Positions 61,901-64,000 of a DNA stretch of 64,000 bases are shown here, in pieces (the stretch's first letter is position 1; every line of letters begins with the position of its first letter). The translations under genes were made by a program, and so were the position numbers. The notes beneath the pieces are model-generated. The model made no database searches and was not told where the DNA came from. It worked only from the letters and a program-made list of their open reading frames with translations. The stretch is taken from assembly GCA_041645215.1 (NCBI GenBank), contig JBAZQK010000008.1, forward strand, positions 1,744-65,743. Reading direction: 5' to 3'. The DNA comes from Patescibacteria group bacterium. Lineage in GTDB: Bacteria > Patescibacteriota > Patescibacteriia > Veblenbacterales > UBA10138.

Positions 61901-64000
61901 GCGGGTAAATGGCCGGATCCGGCATTGTGCGGACAAATGTGGACAAACAAACAAATTATCAGCGAGGCGCCAGCCACGGCCGCGACCGGCGTTTTTATAG
62001 TTGAACGGCCGCCGGCTAATGAAGGGCAAGCCGTATCGCCCGCCGCTTTCACAGTAAACAACAATCATTATCCGGGATTGTGCAAGGTAGCGCCGACGTT
62101 TGTTTATAAGAATCAGTTGGGTACTAACCTGGCTGAAGTAACTCTGACGGGCAAGGGGTTTGGCGGAATGCGAGTTACTGATGATGGTGTTTATTATTTT
62201 AAAAGTGACGGCGGCGCATTGACCGGAAAGGCGAGCAGTTATATATCGTGGGCTGACAATAAGGTCGTAGCTGTAACACCGGCCGGAATAGCTGTCGGGC
62301 CGGGTAAAATAGCGGTCAATAAAATTTATCCCACTAATAAACTTAATTTTGAAATTAAAGATTTTGTGCAGAGCCAAAAACCCATAGTCAAGGGCATCTC
62401 GCCGGAAAACGGTATGGCGCGGGCTGACATTGCCACCACCCTGATTACCGTTAGCGGCGAGAATTTTGGCGCCAGCCAGAGCGGCGGGCAAGTATGGTTG
62501 CGCGCCGCGGTTAAGAGCCAAGATTGGGACAACGCGAAAAAATATGATTTTAATTCAGATAAAATTTTAAATCAAGCGGATGGGGATTTATTGGCCAGCA
62601 AAAAAGGCGCTGATGTCAATTACGAAGAAGAGCAGATGATTAATGGTCAAAAAGTTAAAGTCAAAATTAATAAACCGTTTGACATTAATAACGACGGCAA
62701 AATTGATGAGGCTGATAAGACAGTAGTGGTTAATTATTTAAGTTCTTCTCCGTTTGAACATGATGTTGACTATACTTTGGTCGCCGGCATAGGTTGTACT
62801 TGGTCAGATAAAGAAATTGTCGCCAAGGTGCCGACTGGTTTAACTATTAACGAGACTTGGCGGGTATATGTTAAGACCAGCGGCGGCGTTAGTGTTTATA
62901 ATAATGCAATTTTTACCGTTAGTAATATTATCCACCCGGGGATTTGCTCTCTTACTCCTAATCACGGCGCCGAGGGCACAATTGTGACAATTAATGGTTT
63001 GAATTTTGGCGACCTTAAATCTAACAGCCAATTAACCTTTACTAAAGTTGGCGGCGTAGTTGAGGTGGATAGTAAGTACATTAAATCTTGGCGCAACCAA
63101 AACATCGTAGCCGCCGTGCCAGATAAGGATTACATCCAGCTTTGCGGCCAACCACCGGCGCCCTGCGCCATCAAGATTAAAACCGGTGATGTTAAAGTGA
63201 CAGTTACTTTTCCAGTTGTTCCAATTAATTATGGCGGTACGCAGACATCTAACCCGGTAACTTTTACGGCTGATCCTTATATAACCAGTATCACGCCGGC
63301 GCAAGGCCCGGCTGGCAGCTGGCTAACTATTAAGGGCGGCAATTTTGGTGAATGTTCAGCTCGCGGCAATACCCTGACTGATCCTTGCGTGGTTACATTG
63401 GCTGGTAGCGGTGGGCGTGTTTTAGAGGGGGCCTTGCCGTCAATTTGTGGAAATACTTGGACTGATAGTCAAATTATTGCTAAGGCGCCGTCCGGCGGCG
63501 AAACTGGCTTGGTTAAAGTTGTGAATGAACAAGGCTATGAAACTAGCGATAGTGCCAGCAAAATCTTTACCTATGACAGCAAATTGCCAATCGCGCCGGG
63601 CTTGTGTAAATTAACGCCGGCCGAGTCTGGACAGCTGCCGGTCGCGGTGGCTTTGCAAGGCGATAATTTCGGTTCGGAACCACATCAATCGGACAAAAGT
63701 GGCGGTGTTAAGTTTTCTAACAAAGAATTTACTTCTGATAGCAGTTTGTTAAAATGGTCAGCTTGGGGTAATAATTCCATTAGTTTAACCGCGCCCGTAG
63801 GGACAACCAGCGGCGAAGTCTATGTTAAGCGCAAGCAAGAGGTTCAGACTGGCGCCAAATGTAATGGCATCACGGTAGCGGGTAAATGTCTGGGCGCGGA
63901 AGAGCCGGTTTATAAAACTGAAATTACGGTTTCTAATCCGCTGGAATTTAAAATTAGCGACAAACCGAAAGTGGTGAGCGTTTTGCCGGTCAACAACCAA
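58958..64000 (+). CDS. Giant surface protein: TrbC/VirB2-like pilin domain plus Ig-like (Big_5) and IPT/TIG repeats (3' truncated)
   Basis: Manual translation from ATG 58958: YAGFIWMTSRGNEEKITQAKK..GAVIGLVII, W.FTTG repeats, G.NFG and W....I...VP repeats; frame consistent at every point spot-checked, absent from the ORF track as expected for an open-ended ORF. Confidence 0.85.
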   Translation, partial: MAKWFKANTFLISYRRRLIGGVSILIGGLFGFAKPAWAQNAGLENLSQAGVNLGNQDLIYTVARLINIGLGVLGVIAVLLILYAGFIWMTSRGNEEKITQAKKILSGAVIGLVIILVSFAVASFIINKLIGATGGRNGGGPVVCADGLPPPCVGFDRLQVVSTSPKPQAEGVKLCKRVQAQFNEKLDPGTVKNSAVRIVDTKNTAVAADDETVAGTFAVSNKSFSFRHPDFAPGSRYQATIASGSAGVKDIRNRSLREDKKWYFTTGTETDAVLPQVVRVEPAPASTTVCRNTPIQVVFSEEMDATTLNSNNIILKDSAGSVIPLADVDAGSDFKSVTIYAAAVLAANSSFTVTLKSGPDGIADACGNQLDGNKNGKVDGTPADDYSWSFTTGEITECKPVLNDLLPSSGYYGDETILSGKNFGITGEVMFNNFPADSNSWGGSDNVICWGSGACLANTIKVKVPVGFELGRFNDVAVKVKVGRESSADKPFALLSPYVRALSPNHGPPGQFITVFGLNFGTTVGTVKFGTVSAELACSASNSWSDREIVVKVPASLAVGDYEVQILTTANKPSNKKDFTVDNSLLAPGLCEVRPQCAATAGGAIDEIAGTRFGASRGRSVINLAGYNIAPTGQWRDNLIKTTPVPADLSDDNHLARVVVNNLMSNARYYDIPCVGVIYPEVVEERTCELETQTPSPWKDSSEACKNGLISARFTVPMAAATLAPVNIVLQKCGSGANFDASACQQTVNLVDMDTIPAGEDSNPIGFFAAPAGGLAANTWYQTTIKTAVTSSTGRPLRSEYKWHFKSRTDTTNCAINKVSCAPPTAYIRSLAGPDNTQAYNANAVANNCNLLNQQSYNYTWTSSDNSKATVSAGVLNYKAEAEAKDWTSADNPVKIKARIDSENKEGLCNLNISTTACRENKDCQACGPGVSSCVAGSCTPVIKDFSPADGAVGTWITIDGCYFGETQGRVLYTKAGSGTVAGKWPDPALCGQMWTNKQIISEAPATAATGVFIVERPPANEGQAVSPAAFTVNNNHYPGLCKVAPTFVYKNQLGTNLAEVTLTGKGFGGMRVTDDGVYYFKSDGGALTGKASSYISWADNKVVAVTPAGIAVGPGKIAVNKIYPTNKLNFEIKDFVQSQKPIVKGISPENGMARADIATTLITVSGENFGASQSGGQVWLRAAVKSQDWDNAKKYDFNSDKILNQADGDLLASKKGADVNYEEEQMINGQKVKVKINKPFDINNDGKIDEADKTVVVNYLSSSPFEHDVDYTLVAGIGCTWSDKEIVAKVPTGLTINETWRVYVKTSGGVSVYNNAIFTVSNIIHPGICSLTPNHGAEGTIVTINGLNFGDLKSNSQLTFTKVGGVVEVDSKYIKSWRNQNIVAAVPDKDYIQLCGQPPAPCAIKIKTGDVKVTVTFPVVPINYGGTQTSNPVTFTADPYITSITPAQGPAGSWLTIKGGNFGECSARGNTLTDPCVVTLAGSGGRVLEGALPSICGNTWTDSQIIAKAPSGGETGLVKVVNEQGYETSDSASKIFTYDSKLPIAPGLCKLTPAESGQLPVAVALQGDNFGSEPHQSDKSGGVKFSNKEFTSDSSLLKWSAWGNNSISLTAPVGTTSGEVYVKRKQEVQTGAKCNGITVAGKCLGAEEPVYKTEITVSNPLEFKISDKPKVVSVLPVNNQ

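Noticed and set aside
61751-62521. 256-aa and other minus-strand ORFs beyond 58.9 kb
   Set aside because: Antisense shadows of the giant + strand gene.

Overview
64 kb of an AT-rich bacterial chromosome. The gene set and the TrbC/VirB2-pilin giant surface protein suggest a Patescibacteria (CPR, Parcubacteria-like) genome; this is inference. In order, the window holds: (1) a ~16 kb copper/heavy-metal island with two P1B ATPases, a multicopper oxidase, CsoR, DsbD-like proteins, duplications and pseudogenes; (2) a complete histidine operon behind a YerC/TrpR-like regulator, with HisC-phosphatase and HisA-HisF fusions; (3) housekeeping genes (mfd, dprA, topA, rel, parAB, purDN, pth, der, lepB, hisS, rpsU) and four tRNAs; (4) an intact diversity-generating retroelement (target/VR, TR, inverted avd, RT); (5) the 5' part of a >1,680-codon pilin-Ig/IPT protein. 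The most unusual signal is a family of small elements with terminal inverted repeats CCCCGTTAGAA...TTCTAACGGGG, 4-bp target duplications and mostly unrelated interiors. They sit in start codons, at a stop codon and in frame inside his genes, and their ends regenerate start and stop signals. Also notable: a candidate His attenuator inside the regulator CDS, a G9 tract that may phase-vary the DGR avd gene, and two candidate structured RNAs.
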